Assembly (NCBI GenBank): GCA_905178155.1
Contig: CAJINV010000008.1
Coordinates: 2,733,303-2,797,302 of the forward strand
Direction of reading: 5' to 3'
Source of the DNA: Amoebophrya sp. A120
Lineage: Eukaryota > Protista > Dinoflagellata
DNA length: 64,000 bases
Shown here: positions 25,001-35,146 of the stretch, piece after piece
Numbering within the stretch: position 1 is the first letter of the stretch
How the letters are laid out: every line of letters starts with the position of its first letter
Position numbers and translations under genes: made by a program
The notes under the pieces: model-generated
Seen by the model: the letters and a program-made list of their open reading frames with translations, nothing else
Told to the model about the DNA's origin: nothing
The model's database searches: none

Positions 25001-27566
25001 CACCTTCTGGTTGATGTCCTACTTTCTTCCCGACCGAGGAAGCGAGTATGTGGTGGATGCGCACGAAGTCCAGTCGTCGGGCCTGCTTGCTGCCCGGGTG
25101 GTTTCGCTTGCGCGGGGTCGCAAGGCCACCGGCGTCGGCGAAAGCAAATGGGTCAAATGCTCCTCCTGGTCCGCCGTTCGTCTCTTCCATCCCCGTAGAG
25201 CTGCTCCTCGTCGTGTCGTCATAGTACAAATCGGCTTTGCACTTCGTTTCGTACTCCAAAAAATCGATCAAATTGAAGAACGGCAAGTACCCCCGGCGAA
25301 TCCACTCATACAGATCCACGGTGACGATGGGGCGGTTTGCCAGGACCGACGCAAGCACGAAGATCGCCAAGTCCGCACACCAGAACCAGTGAATGAAAAC
25401 CGGAAGGTTTTCGGTGTCGGGGAAATAAGAAGAGGTAACGTGCTTATTTTTCAGCGCGCCTCTGCTCCCAGTTGCGCCCGCAGCTGTTCTTGAACGAGCA
25501 GGCACTTTAGAGGTGGAGGAAGCAGGGTTGTTTCCACCAGGCGGAATGTTGTCGGTGTCGTCCTCGATCGCGGCGGCAACTTCAGCAGTTCTTGTCGTTG
25601 CTTTTTTACTGCCTTTCCTACTACTTCGCCGAGCGCTTTTGCTTTTTCTCCCCGAGGGAACAATCGCATCTGCCTCCGTTGGAGGTCTATTTCCCTTTCT
25701 GCGCATGTCGATACCGAAAAATGTTTTCTGCACGCTTTCTTGCCACGATCGGTCGTGGAAGGTTGAGTGTTCCTCGTTTTGGTCCTGCTCGTCGTCTTCA
25801 CTGAGGAGATAGTTTTCTTCCTGAGAGTCTTCCTCCGGCTCCGAATCGTGATCCACAAACCGCACAGATCGCGAATTCTTATCCGACTGTTTATGCGGTT
25901 CTCTATGATTCTTCTTTGCACGATCTCCACGAGACTCTGTCAATCCGGGAATGATATCTTCTTGGGACACGCTTTGATTGATGGTATCGGTAATGGCTCG
26001 CAGATGTTGACCTTCTCCACCCGGAGTCGCCGCTGCACTTCTATCGTCGTGTATTTCGTCTTTATCCATCTCTTCTCCTTCGTCCGACGAACTGTGCGTT
26101 TCCCAGACCCCGTTCTTAATCTTTTTTGACGACGCACGATTCCTCCCTCTCAAGCGCTCCTTCGTGTTGCTTCGCCAGCACTGCGCGAACGTTACACTCC
26201 CGAACCCCGCCTCCCCGGGAAGGAACTGCGAGTCCAGTAACAGCAACGTGTTCAGCTCGCGCTGGTCAACCGGCTTCGTGCCGCCGGTCGCGCTACCACG
26301 GCCGAGACGCCTGTGCCGCTTCATCGCTTTCTTTTTCTTTTCCGCTGACTCGTTGCTCAGATCATTCGTCAGCTGCAGCTGCGAAGTTGTAGATTTTTTG
26401 TTGTTACTACCAGAACTCGTCTGCCCCCGCGATAATTTATTCAGATTCTGCAGCAGCGCATCCTCCTCCTCCTCGTCACTACTGCTTCCCTTCTCCTGCT
26501 CCACTAAACTTTCGGCCATTTCGTTCGTGTGCGCCCGAAACTCCGCCCACAGGTCCCGCACGAATTGGAGCACGGGCCGGTTCGCGATCAGGTGCTTCAG
26601 CGGGTTGAAGCTCGGCTGCGGATTTAAATTTCCAGCGGAACAAACCCCTTGCTCGTGCTTGGATTTCTTCTGCGAGGACCTCATTTCTGAGGATAATGAA
26701 CGTGGCGAGTCTCTTCTCCCGCCACGCCCCTCGCTATTACTACCGCTTTCGTCGTCAGTATTGTTGTTCAATATCTGACCTTGTTCTTTTACCGCTTGTT
26801 TCTCATAGCTTTTCCCTTTTCTCATCCCGCCCTCCCGCTCGTCGATCAGCCTCGCGTGCCGCACGAGCTCGCGCATCTGCGCCTGCAGAATGTCCTGCAT
26901 CAGGTCCAAAACACTCCTTTTTCGGCGACCTTCTGCAGACTCGTCCCAGTCCGGACCGTTTTTTTTCCTTTTCTTTCTCTTCAACCCGGTGATCTCGTCG
27001 TAGTCCCCGGCCTCGTCTTCCAGGTCCCGCAAATCCCGGTATCCTGAGTAAAAACGTACCCACACCAGAGTCAGGATGGGGAATCTGCTAGACAAATCAG
27101 CCAGCTTTGGTTGTTTGGCATGACAAGTTTGTCCGCGTAGTGTAGTGCTGTTTTAGCTAGTTTAGCAGCATTACAGATCTAGTATCTCGTGCTGATTGAA
27201 GCATGACAAATTTCAAAACCGCATTAGAAAATGCTTCTCATGGGGCTCCGCATGAGAAAAATTTTAAGCATGCAGAGTTGCATGACAACTATGGTGTGGG
27301 TACGTTTTTACTCAGGATACCCGGTCCAGCTGTGTCATCTGCGCCTCCTTCCGGGCCGCCGCATCCTTTTTGATCCGGATGGACACCACCTGCTGCTTCC
27401 GCCCGGTCACGTTCTCGCCCTGGTCCCCGATGTCCACCTCCCCAAACTGCTGGGTCAGCGCGTGGTTGATCACCCCGCATTGCCGACAGGTGAAGTGCCC
27501 GGAGTTAAAGTCCTGCACTAAATCCTCGGACCCACACTCCTCACACTCCATCGGCGCGCCCGACAT
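22092..27566 (-). CDS. TFIIB-family zinc-ribbon protein, most like RNA polymerase I initiation factor TAF1B/Rrn7 (2 exons, about 1730 aa)
   Basis: N-terminal CEECGS..FTCRQCG ribbon; internal PIVTVDLYEWIRRGYLPFFN resembling the Rrn7/TAF1B cyclin-fold motif; exons joined across element 27040-27319. Confidence 0.6.
27040..27319. mobile_element. Young introner in the TAF1B-like gene
   Basis: Perfect 28-bp TIR tatcctgagtaaaaacgtacccacacca; perfect TSD CCGGG; contains an in-frame stop; removal gives QLDR-DLRDLEDE. Confidence 0.97.
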
Positions 27567-28421
27567 TTTTCTGGAATGAAATAAATTCCGGTTAGTTTAT
27601 TGAAAATACTTGTTGTACCCAGTCCCAGGGTCGTCGCGCTGGGGAAAGTAAAATCTGGTGAATACGAATTTGTATTTCTATTTTCATCTTCAAATTACAG
27701 CGAAGTCGAGAAATCGATCTTGTTCAGGAATGGTCAAAAGTCGGCATAACAGGATCGATGGTGTCAGGGGCGGGTCGGAATACAGGTAATATCGGCACAA
27801 GTATAGTGTAATCGGGGAAACTTCGTGACGGATGCTTGTAGTTCGATGAATGTCTACTCAGGAGGGAATACTTCTATCTAGAAGAAACGCGACAAATGAT
27901 GTTGACGAGAAGAGGTTTTTGTAATGCGTTCTCTGATTTCTATTTTTACTTTTTCTTCAACCTACTGCCTCGGTCGCCTGGTGGTGTTCGGAGCATCGCG
28001 ATTGTGCAAAAGCTACAAGAACAGAGACGATACAGTGGCGAATCTGCTGATGAAACGAACTGTAAGTGTGACCATTTCGAATTTGACAAAAATCGGGAGC
28101 GAGGAACCACACGAGCACATTTTTCACAACCGACGTCAAGGTTCCTGTTCTTCTGCAGAGCCAGATGAACCGCATTTGGATCTTGGTTTATTTCCTGATC
28201 TCAACACTCCTACAATTTTTGTAGACGACCGATTTATTGCCTTTTTCGCGTTTGATATTGTGATTTTCGTTTCTGATCTGGATCATTTCGTTCCGATTTT
28301 TAACAAACGAAGACAGTTGGCTTGAAACAAACCTCGACTGCACCAGTCAAAGTGCCACGGACAGTGCTCCATACAAAACAGATTTTCGATCAACACTGCG
28401 CTGGGTGGAGAGAAAATGTTT

Positions 28422-29297
28422 TTAATCACGATCAAGAACTAAAAGTATCTTTTCTATCAGCTCAACGACAGTCTCGAATTCGTATTCGGGAGTGATTTCC
28501 AGCATGTCGGTACCAGCCCTTTTCTCAGCATTCCTGATCCAGCACGCTTGCATGCCATTCTGTTTTGCGCCTACAATGTCCTTCGCAAAGTCATCTCCTA
28601 TCATCAGACAGTCCGCTGGATGAAGAACAGGGATTTCATCGTCTTTTTGCAGCACGGGTATTATCCCTTGTGCCTCCTGCTGTCGGTCTGCTTCGGCAAT
28701 CGCAATTCCGGTACCAACCTGCTTCTCCAAACAATTCCTCGCTTTTTCCAGCGCCTTCTGGAACATTTTTTCGCTCGGCTTGCAGGCCCCGACCTCGATA
28801 GCGCAGACGGAAAAGTCAAACAGGTCCTTTACCTCCTCTACTTGAAAAACATCCGCGTTGCCGTCCGTCACTGCGCCAATGATGAGCGGATAATTTCTCG
28901 CTTCTCTCCTCTTCTCTTTCATTTTCTGTAATTTTCGCAACTGCGGCACCACGTTGTCGAAGAAAAAGGGGGTGTTTCGCCACTTATGCCAATAATCAAA
29001 CTGCTCGTCCACGACGGCTTTGCTGGTTCCTTCTGGGTTTTCCCTTTCGAGGTACGTTTTCCGCAGGAAGGTGTAGTCGAAAGACTTCTCCGGAAACTCT
29101 TCGATTAGCGGTTTTATCCCGGTTTCGAAGTTCTGCAAAAAAGGAAACTGCTCCTGCGTTTTCGTCGCCGCGTTGCGAATGGTTTTCATGCAATCCCAAA
29201 GCGTTTCGTCAAGGTCAAAGAGCAGAACTCTCGGCGGTGGCGGAGATGACGGAGAGGCTGTTTTTACCGCCGGGTTCGGTGGCGCATCCAGGGCCAT
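28422..29297 (-). CDS. HAD-superfamily hydrolase (subfamily IA), intronless
   Basis: Motif I LLFDLDETL, motif II GAVTDG, motif III KP, motif IV MIGDDFAKDIVGAKQNGM. Confidence 0.9.
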   Translation of the reverse strand: MALDAPPNPAVKTASPSSPPPPRVLLFDLDETLWDCMKTIRNAATKTQEQFPFLQNFETGIKPLIEEFPEKSFDYTFLRKTYLERENPEGTSKAVVDEQFDYWHKWRNTPFFFDNVVPQLRKLQKMKEKRREARNYPLIIGAVTDGNADVFQVEEVKDLFDFSVCAIEVGACKPSEKMFQKALEKARNCLEKQVGTGIAIAEADRQQEAQGIIPVLQKDDEIPVLHPADCLMIGDDFAKDIVGAKQNGMQACWIRNAEKRAGTDMLEITPEYEFETVVELIEKILLVLDRD

Positions 29298-30487
29298 CCT
29301 TGCACTGCTTTCTCCTGAAAGGTGTGTAACGACGCGACAAACTCAAATCAGATGATAGATTGTAAGGATCACGCCAAATCAAGTACGAAGCGCATCAGAT
29401 CTTTTATCTTCACTAGGCAAGTAAGTACTGCAATGGCTCGACAGACTATCTGTATATGAATTCAACAGACCATTGCTGGTGGTGCCGGATCTCAAAACTC
29501 GTCGAAAAGATTCAAAAAGTATTAAAACCTTAATCGGATCAGCATCAGTTCCTGTGAAAACGAAGGAAAAGATTAAGATATGATTCACGAAGGCAAACCA
29601 ATGATTCAAAAGTAACCTTGGAAAATAAATCGGGGGATCTTCATGTTGCGGAACAATACGGCACTACCTCACCTGACCGTTTCTTCATCTCCGACGCAAC
29701 CACTGCGGAAAGTTCTTGGCTTCGGCGAATCAAAGAAATATGGCTTAGAAATAAACCTTTCGAATTAAAAGTGAATCACGCAGTAGTTTCAATTTCATCA
29801 TAGTAATCGTAAGAAGTGGCTGACAGCAGTCTTTTCCGTGCCGAAAACAAATTGTTGTTCTGTAGAAAACCAGAACCGGTTCGTTTCCCCACGGGCTGTC
29901 GTGCTCAGAGAAGTTTTTTTTCGGTAGTATCATTATCCTGCCACCTCTTACTGCTCGAATCATCATCGTGCTCAAACTGCGTCAGAAAATCGACCTCTTG
30001 CGATCTCCTGCCGGGCTTGCATATTACGGATCATAGACTCGTTGGACATCAAAATGCTAGATGAAATGTAAATGCGTCTGTAGCCGGCAGAAAGTCGACC
30101 ACAGTGTGGCGGTACTGCTGTTTCATTTTTTTAGTAGGGGCTGCTGATTTGGAATCATGTCGCAATCGAGTACGAAATTCAAATCGACTGTGCCTTCGTG
30201 TACGTTTAATTCGAAAAAAAAGTTCCAGAAAGACAGAACATAGTGTAAAAACTCGTATATGAGTTCAACATCCTACTGGTGATACTAAGGCGCTCGAACC
30301 GCAGGCAAAAGAAACCATGTGAAAGCGTCTGGATGTGAAATCTGGTTAGATGAGCAGTCGAGAAATCACTTCACCTCAAGACTTTTCAACAAATCCACCT
30401 TCGCAGACAACTGGCAAATCACTTCTAACTGCGATGAGCGAAGAAGGGCGACCGAAGTCCCTGAAAAGGAAGTAGGAGCGAACTCGA

Positions 30488-32121
30488 CTACTGTCCTCCC
30501 AGCCCTTGCCCAGCGGCTCCGGCGAACTGGGCCGCCAGGGCCGGCGTGGCGCCCTCCTCGTAAAAGGAGCCTCCCGGGGTCTGGTCGTAGTAGCCCGATG
30601 GTGTCATGCCCGCCAAACTCGCGTCGTAGGGCGCTTTCAAGCCCTTGGGATCCTTTCCGTCGATCATGTATCGAAAGGAAAAATCCCCCCACCCCATACT
30701 CAAACTAGAGATTTGTGATGCAGATTTGTGGTCACAAATCAGCTTTGTCATGCTAGAAGGGAAAAGATGCGGACTGTAGTGCTGGTTGGCGTGGGAAAGC
30801 CTCGGATCTTCAGCATGACAGGGGGCAGCTGGAAGTGGGAAACAGCATGACAAATTGCCTGCAAACGAGGCCACAGCTGCGTCTCTTGGCCTTCTAGCAT
30901 TACAAGTCGATTTGTGTACTCAAATACAGCATCACAAATTTCGTTTTCGATATGGGGAGGGGGGATTTTTCCTTTTGATATGATGTATGGCGTCTTCATC
31001 TTGTCGTCCTTCCCATAGCCCAACTCCACCCCCGGGACGCCCCCGACCTGCGTCTTGGCACCCGAAGCGCCGGCCACCCGCTTGTGCGCGTTCATCTGCT
31101 CTTTCAGTTGCTTGTCCCCCAGCGGGATCACCCCACCCTCGCGGATCGTTGCCTTCTTCAACAGCTCGTCGAACTCCTTGTCCTCTTTTACCGCCATGCA
31201 GATCAGCCGCGGCGTGATGCGCGCCTTCTTGTTCTGCCCCGTCTGTTTGTTCACCGTGTTATTCCCCATCGCCACCTTGGCCCGGTTCCCCGCCAGCTCG
31301 CACAGCTCGGCGACCAGGTACTCCATCACGGCGGCGCAGAAGACCGCGGTGGTGCCGGACACGCGCGCGTTCGCCGACGCCCGGCTCTTCAGCCGATTGT
31401 GAATACGCGCGACCGGGAAAATCAGGTTCGCCTTCGCCGCGCGGGTCTTGGCAGACCCCTTCTTTTTCCCCTTCGACTTCGCCTCCTTGTTCTTCGCCTT
31501 CCCCAGCTTCGCCAGTTTGTCCTTCTGTTTTTTTTGTCAAGTCCGATGTGGGGAAGTTGTTTTTGTACAGCGGTTTTATTCCATACGAGATCATTTTGTT
31601 GTAGCTTGATAACTTATTCAAAAAGAAAAATGAGTCCGCACAGGCACGCTAATGCCAAAAAAAAAAGCAACTACATAGTACAAAGCATCTACCTTCGATT
31701 TCTTCTTTGCGTTGATGCCGATGGGAAGTTCTGAGAGGATGATTTTGTCCTTCTTCCCCTTGTCTTTTTTGTCCTTCATCTTGTCCAGCTTGTCGTACTT
31801 CATCATCTTGTCTTGCTGTATACAAAAGGAAAATCAAAACCGTGCCCTTTTGTTGATGCTATGCCAGTTCGATTTGCTCTTCATGCGCCGCTTTTACAGC
31901 GTGCGCTGTTTCTTATTAAGCAAGTAGTAGCTCAGATGTGTAGTGCAGATGTACCTATTAATCCTAATGCTAAGGCACAAATCATAACGGTGCTATTCAA
32001 CATGCAGAGAATCAACAATAGAGCGAGGTTTAATTTTTCGCAGTCGGTTATTGTCCATCTTGTTTTTGTCCACCGCCATCTTCTTTTTCTTCGTCGCCAT
32101 CTTCTTCTCTGCGTCCTCCAT
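30488..32121 (-). CDS. Atypical histone H2A variant with long Lys-rich N-tail and long C-tail (4 exons)
   Basis: TRAAKANLIFPVARIHNRLK..VSGTTAVFCAAVMEYLVAELCELAGN..RITPRLICMAVKEDKEFDELLKKATIREGGVIP. GT-AG intron at 31525-31692 and introner at 30669-30980; first intron boundaries ambiguous. Confidence 0.85.
30669..30980. mobile_element. Introner, family A, in the H2A gene
   Basis: Same TIR as 20639-20948; TSD CATCA/CATGA; removal gives KTPY(I/M)-IDGKDPKG. Confidence 0.93.
31813..32050. mobile_element. Possible old introner forming H2A intron 1
   Basis: Flanking GACAA direct repeat and degenerate TIR (aaacc..ct.ttgttgat.ct.tgc); ends no longer TAT/ATA; an in-frame GT-AG alternative also exists. 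Confidence 0.45.
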
Positions 32122-33218
32122 CTTGAATGTTGTAAGTGTGGCTTAAAAAGGTGTGAAACAGAAATGTTCTTCAAAAGTAGGGATAGAACGAACGGGTTGT
32201 TTTAGGTGCTACGATAAATCAGTCTAGCAAACGAGCATGGTAAAGCCGAGTGCGAAAAAAGTTTCCCGCAAAAAAGTAAAACCAAGATCGGCAGAACGAT
32301 CTTGACTGTTGTTCCGCTGTTGAAGAATGGATTTTCGAATGATGCTGATCCAGTAGTTGTGATATGCGCCAACTTCAAACGGACAGCAGGGATAACGGCG
32401 AGGCAGATCGCTTCTTATCTGAATCAAGGATCTACTTCTTTGCTAGTCGCGATAACAAATCAAAGTTGCCAAAAAAAAACTTAAAACAAATAGAAACTGC
32501 GAGGCAAGTCATCAAATTCTAGATCACTGTCCGTCTCGCTGTAGGGATGTGCATCGCTTCGTGAGCACGTCAAGATCTTTCGCTGCTTTGCAGGTTGTGT
32601 CTTTACGTATTACCCAGTCCGTCATGCTTCTGGTCAGCGCCAGCGCGTCGTGGGAGTGCCATGCGTTGATTAAGAAATAAGTAATATCGCTGGTGATCGT
32701 TCTTCGACAAGTTTTGTGCGGATCGAGATGCTCTACTCGTTCGCGACCAATTGGCAATTATGAAATCTGATCTAAAAATTGACGAGACTCTGGGCGTAGA
32801 TGAATACTCTTTTTATCGATTTCCGTGCCACTACAGCGTCAAGTTCTGGTCTCATCTGTTACTGTGCACAACATGCCGTCATGCTACGAAAAGCGGACAT
32901 GAATCGCGTCGCCATGTTTTGTTTTAAGGCTCTGATCAAAGTCACTTAGTGCAGTAGCAGTTTCTACTTCGTTTGTTTTTCTGGATGAATACGAATGAGT
33001 TGGGATCGAAATACAGCAGAGAGATCTATGAAACTGTTCAAGGTCAAGCTATGTATTCTCGTTGGAATGAGTCCTCCGCTTTACAAAGTAAGAGAGGAGG
33101 ATTGTTTCTCTGTAATCTGAGTCGCTCTCGTTGGAACTACTTCGTTGGATGTGGCAGTACGTACCTCCTGGCGGGCAGGCGTTAGACACGTTTAGCGTTT
33201 GACAACACCTTCCGTAGC

Positions 33219-34214
33219 TTAGAAGTAATCAGAAGTCTTCATCGCAGCGAGCGCAAAACCCAACATGATCCAGATGGCCACGGTCAAATACCATCGGCTA
33301 CGTCCGATCATGTCGATCTCGCCCAGCTCAGCAGCCCCAGCAACCTTTGCCGCCGCGTGTAGTTCCGCTAGTCTGTCTCTACACTCTACACCCACTTCGC
33401 GAAAAATCATCGCTTTCTCGACGCCGAAGTCCATCGCGGTCTCGCACACCAGACGAACAAACTCGTTTGCCACAGGCCGCACCGCATCTTGATGTTTTCG
33501 CAAAAAAGCCAAAAACTGCTCACGTTTCCACTCCCGGTGAGCCACCTCTACCACTGCCTTCGATGCAAAAACATCGCCATGGACACGGCCTACATGGGCG
33601 TGGCACGCCGCTGAGTCCGGGGAGACGTGGAAGCACAGGAAGCAGAAGTGACAACCGCAGCGCGGCTGGTCGCATGTCAAGGCCCGACATCCGTCAGGAT
33701 TCTGATCGATCAGACTCCTACACTTTGGGCAGCGCGGTGCGACACATTCCAACGCGGAATCAGCGAGCAACTTCGCATCAGCCAATTTCTTCTTGTCTTC
33801 GCTTTGCAGCGTTGCTGGCCTGGAAGATACCCGCTCAAAATATTGCTCGAGTTTCTTCGGCACTTCTGGCGCGGTGGGATCGTCGGTTTTCGCGACCTGT
33901 CCGAACGCCTTAGCGATGTGCTCGTGATCGAAAATCCCTTCAGGACAGGTTGTACGACAGCAGTGGACTCCCCTTTCATGCAGCGGGGCTGTTCCGACGT
34001 GCTCCACCAGGCAGCGGCAACAGTAAATATGCTGATTTTGCGAACAGACGTATCCACAACTGACTGCCGCTGGTGCCGGAGCGTTGTCCTTTAGAGGGTC
34101 AACCGGATCTTGACAAACAAGACACACTCGAAGCTGGATCGTGCGTGTGGCGTCGTCGTCATCCCGGCCCCCAAAATGGACCGGGCCTTCCTCTTCGCTA
34201 GGGCCGCAACCCAT
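33219..34214 (-). CDS. RBR/IBR-type RING E3 ligase-like protein with C-terminal transmembrane anchor
   Basis: RING-like CLVC..C..H.YCCRC..CCRTTC; Rcat-like RCPKCRSLIDQNPDGCRALTCDQPRCGCHFCFLC; hydrophobic C-terminus WYLTVAIWIMLGFALAAM. Confidence 0.75.
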   Translation of the reverse strand: MGCGPSEEEGPVHFGGRDDDDATRTIQLRVCLVCQDPVDPLKDNAPAPAAVSCGYVCSQNQHIYCCRCLVEHVGTAPLHERGVHCCRTTCPEGIFDHEHIAKAFGQVAKTDDPTAPEVPKKLEQYFERVSSRPATLQSEDKKKLADAKLLADSALECVAPRCPKCRSLIDQNPDGCRALTCDQPRCGCHFCFLCFHVSPDSAACHAHVGRVHGDVFASKAVVEVAHREWKREQFLAFLRKHQDAVRPVANEFVRLVCETAMDFGVEKAMIFREVGVECRDRLAELHAAAKVAGAAELGEIDMIGRSRWYLTVAIWIMLGFALAAMKTSDYF

Positions 34215-35146
34215 TTTTCTAAGCTTTTTTTATTATCGGAAAGCGGATAAGAACAAGACGGAGGGGACAGAAAAAATGAGTTGTCACGAACGCCAGAAAA
34301 AGGAGTTGTCCCGCTGGCAATTGGATTTTCAATTCATGAGAGCTCATACAAGTTTGTGAGGTCATGAACCTCTTGGGCATAGTTGCTATGGTAGGCGTGT
34401 GCCAGAAATTAGATCTTTGTGGCTCGCATGCTGGCGTAAAAACAAGCCGGAGACCTAGAGCTAGATCCTAGTGGCAACTCCGGCAAAAATAAAAATGCTA
34501 GTCAGTGTGTGTTACAACTCGTCAAAAGCAGATCAGTTGCCTGCTTGACACCATCTGAAAGAAGTTCGGCTCCTTAGATCGTCAAATTACTGTAGTCAGC
34601 CATGCTGTAGATCTGTCTTAGTTTGAAGAGCGAGTCGCACGCAAAGGAATCTATGCAGTCGACAGCACCATGTATCGGCATGAAGTAGTGATCGTACTCG
34701 TAGTAAATTGTATCTTGGCTATAGTGGATTACAAAAGCATGGATCAGGAATACGCACCAAAAGCAACGCGGCGACATCGTGCAGGAGTCATTTGAACAGC
34801 AGCGATTGGGCTGCCGTGCTGAGAGAATCGATGAAAGTTCAACAAATGTGATAGGTTCTTGAACTTCAGCATGCTTGGATTTTATTTTCTGTGATTATTC
34901 TAGCGAGCAGCTGCGGATGCGGAATGAAGTGTTTATCTTCGGAATAGGTCAGGTTCATCGAACTTTCTTCTCGTGCACTATCATAATCGACCACTTTCCT
35001 TCTACAGGCACGTTCCAACATGAAGCAGATTGCGACTTCAAAAACGATTTGGATCGAAATTGATTGAAGGTACATACGAAACTGGTAGCCGCATGTCCAG
35101 TCGTTGTTCTCGTCTATTCATGCGATTAAGGCACAAAGTCTCGTTC

